Origin: an uncultured Gemmatimonadota bacterium
GTDB lineage: Bacteria; Gemmatimonadota; Gemmatimonadetes; Palauibacterales; KS3-K002
DNA length: 49,554 nucleotides
Assembly (NCBI GenBank): GCA_964348165.1
Contig: CAYGCC010000486.1
Location: 1 to 49,554, forward strand
Direction: 5' to 3'
The position numbers and the translations under genes were made by a program. Below, piece by piece: positions 29,762-39,670 of this stretch; position 1 is the first letter of the stretch, and each line of letters starts with the position of its first letter. Under the pieces are notes generated by a model. That model was not told where the DNA came from, ran no database searches, and saw only the letters and a program-made list of their open reading frames with translations.

Positions 29762-31339
29762 ATGTCGTTCTTGACGAACTTCTACGACGGCCACTGGATC
29801 CTCACGTTCCTGATCTTTTTCCCGGGGATCGCCGGTATCGCCTGCCTGTTCTGGCCTCGTGAGCGACTGCGGGAGTGGGCGCTCGCCGCCGCCTTGGTGG
29901 AATTCCTCGTTTCCTTGCCGCTGTTCTGGACGTTCGATCTAGGCCGAGTCGAGTTCCAGAACTTCGTCTCGATTCCCTGGATCCCGGACTGGGGCATCTC
30001 GTACGCGCTCGGCCTGGACGGCATCTCGCTGCTGCTGGTTCTGCTGACCACCTTCTTGCTTCCGATCTCGGTGCTCGTGTCTTGGGAGCAGATCAAGGAG
30101 AAAGAGCGGCTCTACTACGCGATGTTGCTGCTGCTGGGGACGGGGATGTTGGGCGTGTTCGTCGCGCTCGACCTGTTCCTGTTCTACGTGATGTGGGAAG
30201 TCACCCTGATCCCGATGTACTTCCTGATCGGCGTGTGGGGACACGAGCGCCGTATCTACTCGGCCGTCAAGTTCTTCCTGTTCACGGCCTTCGGATCGCT
30301 GCTCATGCTGGTGGCCATTCTGGTGATGTTCTGGCTTCACCTGGACCAGTTTGGGGTGGCGAGCCTCGCCTACGCCGACATGTTGCGAGTACAGGTGCCG
30401 ACGTCGCTCCACTACTGGATGTTCGCGGCGTTCGCGCTGGCGTTCGCGATCAAGGTCCCAATGTTCCCGTTCCACACGTGGCTGCCCGACGCGCACGTGG
30501 AGGCGCCAACGGCGGGATCGGTGATCCTGGCGGCCGTACTGCTCAAGATGGGCGTCTACGGTTTTCTGCGCTTCGCCATTCCTTTCTTCCCGGCCGCCGC
30601 GTTGGATGGGACGGTGGTCATGGTGGTGATGGTGCTGGCGCTGGCAGGTATCATCTACACGGCCTGGGTCGCCGCCGTGCAACCGAATCTGAAGAAGTTG
30701 ATCGCCTATACGTCGGTGGCGCACCTCGGGTTCATCATGGTCGGCACTTTCGCCATGACCGGTCAGGCCATCACCGGCGGCGTGCTGCAGAGCGTCAACC
30801 ATGGCCTCTCTACCGGCGCACTGTTTATTCTCGCCGGGTTCCTCTATCAACGCCGCCACACGTACGAAATCGAGGCCTACAGCGGGCTGGCGAAAGTCAT
30901 CCCGATCTACAGCGGCTGTCTGGTGCTGGTGGCGTTGTCATCGATTGGCCTGCCCGGCCTCAACGGGTTCGTGGGGGAATTCCTGATCTTAATCGGCGCC
31001 TTTGGGCGACACCCCTGGATCACGCTGCTGGCGACGACGGGTGTGGTCTTCGCGGCCTACTACATGCTGCCGATGATCCGTCGCGCCGTCTGGAACGATG
31101 TGAAGTCTCCTGAGCTGCTGCAGATGCCCGATCTCTCGCGTCTCGAGCTGGCTGTGATCGTTCCGCTCTTGTTGCTTATCGTGCTGCTTGGCGTCTATCC
31201 CAAGCCGTTCATCGAGCGGATTGCCACATCGGCGGAGCTGTTGAGCGAGCGGATCACATTGGTGGCGGAAAGCGGGGAGGCCGCGCCACGGCCGGTCGCT
31301 GGGGCCGGCGGATCGACGACGAAGGCAGCGGGCCAGTGA
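29762..31339 (+). CDS. nuoM: NADH-quinone oxidoreductase subunit M
   Basis: DGISL, WEVTLIPMY, IKVPMFPFHTWLPDAHVEAP, LLKMG, GLPGLNGFVGE. Confidence 0.97.
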   Translation: MSFLTNFYDGHWILTFLIFFPGIAGIACLFWPRERLREWALAAALVEFLVSLPLFWTFDLGRVEFQNFVSIPWIPDWGISYALGLDGISLLLVLLTTFLLPISVLVSWEQIKEKERLYYAMLLLLGTGMLGVFVALDLFLFYVMWEVTLIPMYFLIGVWGHERRIYSAVKFFLFTAFGSLLMLVAILVMFWLHLDQFGVASLAYADMLRVQVPTSLHYWMFAAFALAFAIKVPMFPFHTWLPDAHVEAPTAGSVILAAVLLKMGVYGFLRFAIPFFPAAALDGTVVMVVMVLALAGIIYTAWVAAVQPNLKKLIAYTSVAHLGFIMVGTFAMTGQAITGGVLQSVNHGLSTGALFILAGFLYQRRHTYEIEAYSGLAKVIPIYSGCLVLVALSSIGLPGLNGFVGEFLILIGAFGRHPWITLLATTGVVFAAYYMLPMIRRAVWNDVKSPELLQMPDLSRLELAVIVPLLLLIVLLGVYPKPFIERIATSAELLSERITLVAESGEAAPRPVAGAGGSTTKAAGQ

Positions 31340-31346
31340 GCGGACC

Positions 31347-32846
31347 ATGCAGATAGACTACTCCAGCTTTCTCGATTTCCTCTGGGCGCTTTTGCCGGAG
31401 ACCGTCCTGGCCGCGGCGGGGTTGGCTTTGTTGCTGTACGACGGTTTCGCACGCGAGAGCACTCTTCGCAGGGTGGGGCAAGGCAGTCTCGTCGCGATCG
31501 TGCTGGCCGCGCTGGCCAACTTCTGGCTGATGGGCGTGGAAGAGGTGGGGCGGACCGGGATGGTGGCCATCGACGGGTTCCGCATCTTCACCAACTTCCT
31601 GTTTCTTGGCGCAGCCCTGCTCATCGTCTTGATCTCGTTCGATTACACCGAGCGGGAAGAGATCGAGCAGGGTGAGTTCTACGCGCTGCTGTTGTTCGCC
31701 GTTGCGGGGATGATGCTACTGGCAGGTAGCCGGGATCTCATTCTGATCTTCCTCGGCTTCGAGTTGATGTCGCTGGCGGTCTACGTCCTCGTGGGCTTCA
31801 ATCGGCGAGACCCGCGCTCCTCCGAGGCGGCGCTCAAGTACTTCCTGCTCGGCGCCTTCTCGAGCGCTTTCCTGCTGTACGGGATGGCTCTGCTGTTCGC
31901 GGCGGGCGGGACGACCAATCTCTCGCTGATGGCGGTCACGCTCGACGCCAGCTCGCTCGGCGTGCTGGGGATCGTCGGCCTGGCTTTGATGGCCATCGGC
32001 TTTGGCTTCAAGGTCTCGGCCGTACCCTTCCACGTCTGGACGCCCGACGCTTACGAAGGGGCGCCGACGCCGATTACCGCCTTTCTGGCGGCGGCCATCA
32101 AAGCGGCGGCCTTTGCCGCCTTCATTCGCATCTTCGTGATTGCACTGGGCGAGTTGCATCCATATTGGGAAGGCGTGATCTGGTGGCTGGCGGCGCTCAC
32201 AATGATCGTTCCCAACCTGATCGCTCTCGTCCAGGACAACATCAAGCGGCTGCTCGCTTACTCCTCGATCGCACACGCGGGCTACCTGCTCGTCGCCTTG
32301 ATCGCCGCGAACCAGTCGGGGATGGCCTCCTTCCTGTTTTATCTGGTGGCCTACACCGTCATGATCGTTGGAGCGTTCGCGATCGTCCTCGTCCTCGCCG
32401 GAAAAAACGACCGTCGCCAACGGATTTCCGACTACGCCGGAGTGGGTTGGAGTCAACCGGTGGCCGCCGCCGCGCTCTCTCTCTTCCTCGTCTCGTTGGC
32501 GGGACTGCCTCCCACCGGCGGCTTCGTGGGCAAGTTCTACATCCTCCGAGCCTCCGTCGAGGCCGGTTACGTCAAACTCGCCGTCATCCTCGCCGTGACG
32601 ACCCTGGTCTCCTACTGGTACTACCTGCGGGTCATCGTGACGATGTACATGAAGCCGGAGACGGAACCCCTGGGCAGAGTGGTTTGGAGCGGAACGTTGA
32701 GAACTGCCCTGGCTGTGTGTGCGGCGATTACGATCTTCCTCGGCCTCTTCCCCTCCTGGCCACTGCTGAAAGCGCGGCAGAGCGTCGAGGGGCTGAGACA
32801 GGTGGCCGAGCAGGTGATCGATTCGAGCCCGCTGGCCCGACACTAG
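31347..32846 (+). CDS. nuoN: NADH-quinone oxidoreductase subunit N
   Basis: EAALKYFLLG, FKVSAVPFHVWTPDAYEGAP, KRLLAYSSIAHAG. Confidence 0.97.
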   Translation: MQIDYSSFLDFLWALLPETVLAAAGLALLLYDGFARESTLRRVGQGSLVAIVLAALANFWLMGVEEVGRTGMVAIDGFRIFTNFLFLGAALLIVLISFDYTEREEIEQGEFYALLLFAVAGMMLLAGSRDLILIFLGFELMSLAVYVLVGFNRRDPRSSEAALKYFLLGAFSSAFLLYGMALLFAAGGTTNLSLMAVTLDASSLGVLGIVGLALMAIGFGFKVSAVPFHVWTPDAYEGAPTPITAFLAAAIKAAAFAAFIRIFVIALGELHPYWEGVIWWLAALTMIVPNLIALVQDNIKRLLAYSSIAHAGYLLVALIAANQSGMASFLFYLVAYTVMIVGAFAIVLVLAGKNDRRQRISDYAGVGWSQPVAAAALSLFLVSLAGLPPTGGFVGKFYILRASVEAGYVKLAVILAVTTLVSYWYYLRVIVTMYMKPETEPLGRVVWSGTLRTALAVCAAITIFLGLFPSWPLLKARQSVEGLRQVAEQVIDSSPLARH

Positions 32847-32906
32847 CCCCACCTACGATCTTAGATCCAAAGCCGTGCTAACGGCTGCCAGGCCAACGGA
32901 GGCGAA

Positions 32907-34274
32907 ATGCCGGTAAGCCAGCACATATTCCGTGAATACGACGTGCGGGGCGTCGTGGGTGAAGACCTGCGCCCGGACGTGGCAGAACAGGTGGGGCGCG
33001 CGTTCGGCTCGGCGCTGCGAGAGCAGGGCGGAGGCGCGGCACCCACGGTGGCGCTGGGCCGCGACAACCGCTTGAGCTCGGACGAACTGGCCCAGGCGTT
33101 CGCCTCCGGGCTCCAGGCGACCGGCGCCCAGGTGCGGGACGTCGGCCTCGTCCCTACGCCTGCGCTCTATTTCGCCGTCCACCACCTTGGCTGCGAGGCG
33201 GGGATCCAGGTGACCGGCTCACACAACCCGCCCGAATACAACGGCTTCAAGATGCTCACCACGCGGGGTCCCTTCTACGGGGCAGCCATTCGTGGGCTGT
33301 GGGACCGGATCGAGGGGCAGCGGTTCGCTAGGGGCCAAGGCACGCTCGAGCGGCGGCCGATCCTCGATGAATATGTTGCGGACGTGAGGGGGCGCTTCAA
33401 GCTCGAACGCCCTGTGCGCGTGGTGATCGATTGCGGGAACGGCACCGGCAGCCTCGCTGCCGTGCAAGTGCTGGAGGGGATAGGCGCCCAGGTGGAAGCG
33501 CTGTACTGCACCTCCGACGGTCGCTTTCCCAATCATCACCCGGATCCGACCGTCGACGCGAACCTTGCCGAGCTGATCGCGCGCGTGCGCTCGACAAACG
33601 CCGAACTCGGTATCGCCTTTGACGGCGATGCGGACCGGATCGGAGCGGTGGACGAGAGCGGTGAGATCGTTCGCGGCGACTATCTCCTCCTGGTCTACGC
33701 TCTGGATGCGTTGCGTTCTCGGCCGGGACAGCAGGTCATCTTCGATGTCAAATGCTCCCAGGTTTTGGAGGATGCAATACGAGAGGCGGGTGGCGTGCCG
33801 ATCATGTGGAAGACCGGGCATTCACTGATCAAAGAGAAGATGCGTGAGTCGGGGGCTCGGGTCGCGGGCGAGATGAGCGGCCACATGTTTTTCGGTGACG
33901 ACTACTATGGCTACGACGATGGCCTTTATTCCGCTTGCCGGCTTGTGGACATCGTGGCGCGATCAGGTGGACCGCTCTCGAAGCTCCTCCGGGATGTGCC
34001 GCGTTTGGCATCGACGCCGGAGATTCGGGTGGACTGCGACGACGCGCGGAAGTTCCAGATCGTCGCCGCGGCGGTCGAGCATTTCAAGCGCGAACACGCG
34101 GTCAACGACATCGACGGCGCGCGCGTGACCTTCGATGACGGCTGGGCGTTGATCCGGGCGAGTAACACGCAGCCCATCCTCGTTCTACGCTTCGAGGCCA
34201 GCAGCGAGACTCGGCTCGCTGCCATCCGCGAGGAGATCTACGGCTGGCTACGAGCACAGGGCTTGAAGGTTTGA
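32907..34274 (+). CDS. Phosphomannomutase/phosphoglucomutase (AlgC-like)
   Basis: IFREYDVRG, TGSHNP (phospho-Ser), FDGDADR, GEMSGH, RASNTQP. Confidence 0.95.
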   Translation: MPVSQHIFREYDVRGVVGEDLRPDVAEQVGRAFGSALREQGGGAAPTVALGRDNRLSSDELAQAFASGLQATGAQVRDVGLVPTPALYFAVHHLGCEAGIQVTGSHNPPEYNGFKMLTTRGPFYGAAIRGLWDRIEGQRFARGQGTLERRPILDEYVADVRGRFKLERPVRVVIDCGNGTGSLAAVQVLEGIGAQVEALYCTSDGRFPNHHPDPTVDANLAELIARVRSTNAELGIAFDGDADRIGAVDESGEIVRGDYLLLVYALDALRSRPGQQVIFDVKCSQVLEDAIREAGGVPIMWKTGHSLIKEKMRESGARVAGEMSGHMFFGDDYYGYDDGLYSACRLVDIVARSGGPLSKLLRDVPRLASTPEIRVDCDDARKFQIVAAAVEHFKREHAVNDIDGARVTFDDGWALIRASNTQPILVLRFEASSETRLAAIREEIYGWLRAQGLKV

Positions 34275-34374
34275 TCGGAGGGCTGGGGCGCCGTCCCCGG
34301 TCCGGTTCTTGGCTGGGGGCGAGCGCTCGAGTCTTTCGGCTGAGATGGCAGCGGCAGGCTGAACCGGGACGTAC

Positions 34375-35325
34375 ATGGTCATGCGCTCGAAAACGGTGAT
34401 TGTAGCCCTGGGCGGAAACGCGCTCGCACCGGCCGCCGAAAACGTCACGGTCTTCGATCAGTTTCGTCATACGCGCGAGAGCCTGAGCAGCTTGATCGAG
34501 CTTGCCCGCGAGGGCTGGCACATCGTCATCGTGCACGGGAACGGCCCTCAGGTCGGCGATGAGTTATTGCGTAATGAACTGGCGGCCGATGTCTTGCCCG
34601 AATTGCCTCTCGGCGTGCTGGTCGCGGCCACGGCGGGTTGGATCGGCTACATGATCCAGCAATCGCTGGAGAACGGACTACGCAGCGCTGGGGTCGCTCG
34701 ACAGGTGGTCACGCTGATTACCCAGGTGCTGGTCGATCCGGACGCGCCCGAGTCGAAGCAGCCGGCCAAATTCATCGGACGAGCCCTGAAGGCGGAACAG
34801 GCCGAGCGACTGCGGGCCGCCGGCTGGGAGGTGAAGGAGGACAAGAAAGGAATCTTCCGGCGTGTGGTGCCGAGCCCGGTGCCTCTGGAGATCGTCGAGC
34901 GAGACATGATCCGGCGGCTGGTGGAAGACGGTGTCATCGTGATCGCGGCCGGTGGCGGTGGGGTTCCAGCGTACCGTCACCCGACCCTGGGGCTGGAGGG
35001 GTTCGACGCGGTTGTAGACAAGGATTTGGCGGCGTCGCTGTTGGGGTGTGCGATCGGAGCGAGCACACTCCTCATGCTGACCGATGTGGATGCGGTATAC
35101 CGGGGCTATGGCACAGAGCGGGCCCAGAGAATCGACCACCTGTCATCTCACGAGGCCGCGGCGATCCTCGAGACGGACGAGCTGGGACGCGGCAGCATGT
35201 GGCCGAAGGTCAAGGCCGCAGTTCGCTTTCTTCAGGAAGGAGGCGAACACGTTTACATTGCCCAGCTGGACCAGGGGTTGGCGGCGCTCGAAGGGCGGGC
35301 AGGAACTCGTATCTCCAACGGCTAA
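34375..35325 (+). CDS. arcC: Carbamate kinase
   Basis: ALGGNAL, HGNGPQVG, GYMIQQ, KFIG, RRVVPSP, GGGGVP, AVVDKD, GSMWPKV. Confidence 0.95.
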   Translation: MVMRSKTVIVALGGNALAPAAENVTVFDQFRHTRESLSSLIELAREGWHIVIVHGNGPQVGDELLRNELAADVLPELPLGVLVAATAGWIGYMIQQSLENGLRSAGVARQVVTLITQVLVDPDAPESKQPAKFIGRALKAEQAERLRAAGWEVKEDKKGIFRRVVPSPVPLEIVERDMIRRLVEDGVIVIAAGGGGVPAYRHPTLGLEGFDAVVDKDLAASLLGCAIGASTLLMLTDVDAVYRGYGTERAQRIDHLSSHEAAAILETDELGRGSMWPKVKAAVRFLQEGGEHVYIAQLDQGLAALEGRAGTRISNG

Positions 35326-35329
35326 CCTC

Positions 35330-36466
35330 ATGAATATTCACGAATACCAAGCCAAGGAAGTGTTTCGCCGCCACGGGATTCCGGTCCCGCCCGGGGAGGT
35401 GGCCCGGACTCCCGAGGAAGCGGAGCGGATCGCCGCGGGTTTCGGCTGCAGCGTGGTGGTGAAGGCGCAGGTCCACGCGGGCGGGCGCGGCAAGGCCGGC
35501 GGCGTGAAGCTGGCCTCGAGCCCGGCGGAGGCGCGGGCGGCGGCCGAGAAGATACTCGGCATGCAGATCAAAGGTCTCGCAGTGGGGAAAGTTCTCGTCA
35601 GCCCTGCGGAAGATATCGAACACGAAGCTTACGTGGGCGCCATTGTCGATCGATCGTCGGGCGCCGTGGTACTGATGGCCTCGCCGGAGGGAGGCATAGA
35701 CATCGAGGAGGTGGCGGCCAAGACTCCGGAGCTGATCTTCAAGGAGAAGATCGATCCACGTTATGGGCTGTTGCCGCACCAGGCGTCGCGGCTTGCCTTC
35801 AGGCTGTACGCCGGCGACACGAAGCGCGCCCGGCAGGCGGCCGACATCATACAGAAGCTCTACGCCTCGATGATCGATGCGGGCGCTTCACTGATCGAGA
35901 TCAACCCGTTGATCACCACGGGCTCGGGCAAACTCTTGGCGATCGACGCCAAGATGAACATCGACGACAACGAACTGTTCAGACGTAAAGAGATCGCCGG
36001 GTATCGGGATGCGGAGAGCGAAGCGGCCGCCGAGGTCGAAGCAAGAGCGCAGGGATTGACGTACATCAAGCTCGACGGCGACGTGGGCTGTTGTGTGAAC
36101 GGTGCGGGCCTTGCGATGGCGACGATGGACCTGGTCAAGTACTACGGAGGCGAGCCGGCCAACTTCCTGGACATCGGCGGCTCGTCGAGCCCGGAGAAGG
36201 TGGTGGCGGCGCTCCAGATCATTACGGCGGACCCAGCGGTTAAGTCCATTCTTTTCAACATCTTCGGCGGGATAACGCGTTGCGACGATGTGGCCAACGG
36301 CATTGTCGAGGCCACCCGAGAGATCGAGCTGGATCGACCGATCACGATCCGTCTGACCGGCACCAACGAAGAGAAAGCGGTCCAGATCTTGGAGGCCGCC
36401 GGTTTCAGCGCGATGACGGATATGGATGCGGCCGTTCGAAAAGCGGTCGAGCTGGCGAAGAACTAG
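35330..36466 (+). CDS. sucC: Succinyl-CoA synthetase beta subunit
   Basis: MNIHEYQAKE, KAQVHAGGRGKAGGVK, EINPL, NGAGLAMATMD, NIFGGITRCD. Start reassigned to ATG 35330. Confidence 0.98.
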   Translation: MNIHEYQAKEVFRRHGIPVPPGEVARTPEEAERIAAGFGCSVVVKAQVHAGGRGKAGGVKLASSPAEARAAAEKILGMQIKGLAVGKVLVSPAEDIEHEAYVGAIVDRSSGAVVLMASPEGGIDIEEVAAKTPELIFKEKIDPRYGLLPHQASRLAFRLYAGDTKRARQAADIIQKLYASMIDAGASLIEINPLITTGSGKLLAIDAKMNIDDNELFRRKEIAGYRDAESEAAAEVEARAQGLTYIKLDGDVGCCVNGAGLAMATMDLVKYYGGEPANFLDIGGSSSPEKVVAALQIITADPAVKSILFNIFGGITRCDDVANGIVEATREIELDRPITIRLTGTNEEKAVQILEAAGFSAMTDMDAAVRKAVELAKN

Positions 36467-36484
36467 TTCCAAGGTACGATTGCG

Positions 36485-37360
36485 ATGTCGATATTCGCGG
36501 ACAAGAGCACGCGGGTTGTCGTTCAGGGTATTACCGGACGAGACGGCTCGTTCCACACCCGGCAGATGCTTGAGTATGGAACGCAGGTCGTCGCCGGCGT
36601 GACTCCGGGCAAAGGCGGCCAGAGATTAGATGAGCGGATTCCGATTTTCGATACGGTCGAAGAGGCGCGAAACGAGACCGGAGCGACAGCCAGCGTCATC
36701 TACGTGCCGGCGGCGTTCGCCGCCGACGCGATCTGCGAGGCCGCCGACTCGGGCATCGAGCTGATCGTCTGTATCTCTGAGGGAATCCCGGTGCTCGATA
36801 TGTTGAGGGCCGTACGTTATGTGGTCGATCAGAAAGCGCGGCTGATCGGACCGAATTGCCCCGGGATGATCTCTCCCGGTCAGGCAAAGCTGGGAATCAT
36901 CCCGGGTCAGATCGTCAAGCCCGGCCCCGTGGGCGTAGTGAGCCGTTCGGGCACGTTGACCTACGAGGTGGTTTGGGCGCTCACTCGCGCCGGCCTGGGG
37001 CAATCGAGCTGCATCGGGATTGGGGGCGACCCGGTGATCGGCACCAACTTCATCGACTGTCTCGATGCCTTCGAGCGCGATCCGCAGACGGAGGCCATCG
37101 TCCTCATCGGTGAGATCGGCGGTAGCGATGAACAGAACGCGGCCCTCCACATCAAAGCCCAGCTCTCCAAACCGGTCGTGGGCTTTGTCGCCGGCCAAAC
37201 GGCTCCCCCAGGACGGCGAATGGGACATGCCGGCGCGATCATATCGGGTTCGCAAGGCACAGCGGCCGAGAAGATCGCCACCTTCAAGCAAAACGGGGTA
37301 GAGGTGGCCGAGCGGCCGGCCGATATGCCCGAGATCGTCTCGAGGACTCTGAGTGGATAA
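36485..37360 (+). CDS. sucD: Succinyl-CoA synthetase alpha subunit
   Basis: [37 protein letters not shown]. Confidence 0.98.
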   Translation: MSIFADKSTRVVVQGITGRDGSFHTRQMLEYGTQVVAGVTPGKGGQRLDERIPIFDTVEEARNETGATASVIYVPAAFAADAICEAADSGIELIVCISEGIPVLDMLRAVRYVVDQKARLIGPNCPGMISPGQAKLGIIPGQIVKPGPVGVVSRSGTLTYEVVWALTRAGLGQSSCIGIGGDPVIGTNFIDCLDAFERDPQTEAIVLIGEIGGSDEQNAALHIKAQLSKPVVGFVAGQTAPPGRRMGHAGAIISGSQGTAAEKIATFKQNGVEVAERPADMPEIVSRTLSG

Positions 37361-38252
37361 CGCGATCCGCTTGTCCCGACTGTTGCCCACCGATCGCATC
37401 GTTGTCGGGCTGCGAGCGACAACCTACCGCGAGGCCGTTATGCGGCTTGCCGACCGACTGGACGCGGCGGGGCTGATCAGCGACCGGCATAAGTTGAACA
37501 AGCTGGTCGACGACGAGATCGCAACAGGTGAGCTTCCGACTTTGGGTGGGCGCGCACTGCTGGCCCACTACCGAACGGACGCGGTTCGCGAACTCGCGCT
37601 CGCCGTCGCCAGCTCGAAGGAACCTTTCCCGTTCGCACCCGACACCGCCGACGAGGCCCTGTTCATCGTCTTGATCGTGGCGCCGCGCCCGGCGGCAAAC
37701 TACTATCTCAAGACGCTTGCCGCCCTTAGCCGCCTGCTGGGGGACAAGGCAACGGCCGAGAAGCTGGCGGCCGCGCCCTCGGCGGAGACGTTCAGCCGCA
37801 TCGTGGCTTCCAAGGATCTGGTCATTCATCCCGATCTCACCGTGCAGGACCTGATGAGCCGGCAGTTCCACACGGTGTCACCGGAGACGCTGCTCTCAGA
37901 GGCCCTGCACCTGATGGTCCGTCATGGACGCCGGGCGCTGCCGGTGCTCAGCGACAACGGCGAAGTGCTGGGTTTGGTGTCAGAATTGGAGGTGATCCAG
38001 CACTTCCTTCCGCAGGTCCTCAGCCCCAGTGCGGCGGACGACACCGCGAAACCGTTGGTTCAGGACGTCGAGGTACGGGACGTCATGCAGCGGACCGTGC
38101 TCTGCTTCTCGGAAGATCAACTGATCGCCGATGTACTGGGTCTCATGCTCTCCGAGAGAATCGCCCACTTTCCGGTGGTCAGAGAAGGGAAGCTCGTGGG
38201 CTTCCTGTCACGCACCGACGTCATTACCAAACTACTTGAACACTCGGTGTAG
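37353..38252 (+). CDS. PTS EIIA (Ntr/Fru-type) domain fused to a CBS pair
   Basis: N-terminal EIIA-2 pattern (LLAHYR...LALAV...LIVAP...[12 protein letters not shown]); C-terminal tandem CBS (VQDLMS...LPVL...LGLVS; VRDVMQ...FPVV...[10 protein letters not shown]). Confidence 0.8.
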   Translation: MDNAIRLSRLLPTDRIVVGLRATTYREAVMRLADRLDAAGLISDRHKLNKLVDDEIATGELPTLGGRALLAHYRTDAVRELALAVASSKEPFPFAPDTADEALFIVLIVAPRPAANYYLKTLAALSRLLGDKATAEKLAAAPSAETFSRIVASKDLVIHPDLTVQDLMSRQFHTVSPETLLSEALHLMVRHGRRALPVLSDNGEVLGLVSELEVIQHFLPQVLSPSAADDTAKPLVQDVEVRDVMQRTVLCFSEDQLIADVLGLMLSERIAHFPVVREGKLVGFLSRTDVITKLLEHSV

Positions 38253-38260
38253 AACGTGCC

Positions 38261-38683
38261 ATGAGCTTGACACTCGCGATAATCAAACCCGATGCCGTCG
38301 AGGCGCGGAAGACTGGCCTGATACTCGCCAAGCTCGAGGAAGAGGGCTTCACGATCCGCGCAGCCCGGTTCGCGCGGCTCGACATAGCGGAGGCTGGTGC
38401 CTTCTATGCCGTGCATCGGGAACGGCCGTTCTATGAGCCGTTGAAGCGCTTCATGACCTCCGGGCCGATCCTCGCCCTCGCCTTGGAACGAGAGAACGCC
38501 GTCGCCCACCTGCGAAAGGTGATCGGGGCGACGGATCCGGCCGAGGCGGCGCCGGGGACGGTTCGCGCGCTTTATGCTGAGAACAAGGAGCGGAACGCGA
38601 TCCACGCCTCGGACTCGGATGAGACAGCGCGCCAAGAGCTCGCCTTCTTCTTTTCGCAGCGGGAGATCCTAAACGCGGGCTGA
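38261..38683 (+). CDS. ndk: Nucleoside diphosphate kinase
   Basis: TLAIIKPDAV, FYAVH, FMTSGP, GATDP, NAIHASDS. Confidence 0.98.
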   Translation: MSLTLAIIKPDAVEARKTGLILAKLEEEGFTIRAARFARLDIAEAGAFYAVHRERPFYEPLKRFMTSGPILALALERENAVAHLRKVIGATDPAEAAPGTVRALYAENKERNAIHASDSDETARQELAFFFSQREILNAG

Positions 38684-38706
38684 GCCGGGGGGTGGTGGCT
38701 GCCGCG

Positions 38707-38735
38707 TTGACAGGAATCGCGAGCCCCGATAGACT
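38707..38735 (+). promoter_or_regulatory. Putative sigma70 promoter for yceD-rpmF
   Basis: TTGACA, 17 nt spacer, TAGACT. Confidence 0.65.
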
Positions 38736-38744
38736 ATGGGCGCC

Positions 38745-39254
38745 GTGCTGACTATAGACTTACGGCGTTTGGAGCAGGCGCCGGTTGAAGTTCGCGGCGA
38801 GATCGACATCAGCGATCCGCTGTGGGAGGGCACCGGTGCAGAGCTGCGCGCGCCCCTGATCGTCCAGGCGCTGGCGGAGGGGTCGGCGGCGCGCGGCGTT
38901 TGGCTCCACGGCTCGCTTTCGAGCCGGATCGCGACTCGCTGCCGCAGGTGTCTCGAGGCGCTGGAGCTGGAGGTCGTGGAGGAGCTGGGCCTTCTGTTTG
39001 ACCCGGAGACGCGGGAGTCGGAAGGCGACCTGACTCTGTATGCGCTCGACCCCCAGGCAGTCGAGCTGGATCTTCGGAGCGCCATGCGAGAGCGGCTGAT
39101 CATGGCGATCCCGGCGTATCCGCTCTGCCGCCCGGAATGTCGGGGCCTTTGCCCTGGGTGTGGCGCGAATCTGAATGGAGAGAACTGCTCGTGCGGCGCC
39201 GCTGAAGCGGACCCCCGTTGGGGTCCTCTGCAGTCGCTCCACAGCGATGGCTGA
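38745..39254 (+). CDS. yceD: YceD/DUF177 family protein
   Basis: CRRCL, PLCRPECRGLCPGCG.NLN...C.C, DPRW; upstream of rpmF. GTG 38745 is preferred to ATG 38736, which abuts the -10 box. Confidence 0.92.
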   Translation: MLTIDLRRLEQAPVEVRGEIDISDPLWEGTGAELRAPLIVQALAEGSAARGVWLHGSLSSRIATRCRRCLEALELEVVEELGLLFDPETRESEGDLTLYALDPQAVELDLRSAMRERLIMAIPAYPLCRPECRGLCPGCGANLNGENCSCGAAEADPRWGPLQSLHSDG

Positions 39255-39274
39255 CTATCCGGTAGGTGACAGAG

Positions 39275-39460
39275 ATGGCCGTACCAAAGAAACGCACGTC
39301 GAAAGCCCGTAAGAGGAAGCGTCGAACTCACTACAAGGCGCAGGTGGCAGCAACGCAGCCCTGTCCTCGCTGCGGGGACCCGAAGCTACCCCATCGGGTG
39401 TGCCCGACGTGCGGTCACTACAGAGACGTAGAGTTCATTCAAGTCGAGTCGGGGGTCTAA
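39275..39460 (+). CDS. rpmF: 50S ribosomal protein L32 (zinc-ribbon form)
   Basis: [24 protein letters not shown]...[11 protein letters not shown]. Confidence 0.98.
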   Translation: MAVPKKRTSKARKRKRRTHYKAQVAATQPCPRCGDPKLPHRVCPTCGHYRDVEFIQVESGV

Positions 39461-39491
39461 GGCAATCGCCTGGCACGCGATTGGGCAGGGC

Positions 39492-39527
39492 GCGTCGCCC
39501 GGGCACGCTCGGGTGACGCTCTCGTTT
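39492..39527 (+). terminator. Putative terminator/attenuator hairpin after rpmF
   Basis: GCGTCGCCCGGG-CACG-CTCGGGTGACGC 12-bp stem (two G-U pairs), followed by TCTCGTTT. Confidence 0.45.
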
Positions 39528-39670
39528 ATGGTGGAGGACCGGGGGCTCTGAGTTCTCGGCCACGGCCGGGAAGCCAATCGCGCGGCCACTGCGGGTCCGC
39601 CAAGACGGCCAGTCCCAGAGGCGGTGTCTGAGGCGGTACGGCTGCAACGCGGGAATCCAACGCGACCAGA

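Noticed and set aside
39560..39630. Cobalamin riboswitch-like words (GGGAAG, GCCACTG)
   Set aside because: The other core elements (CCCGC.ACTGT and the terminal AGYCAG.AGACC) are missing, and the downstream gene plsX does not fit.
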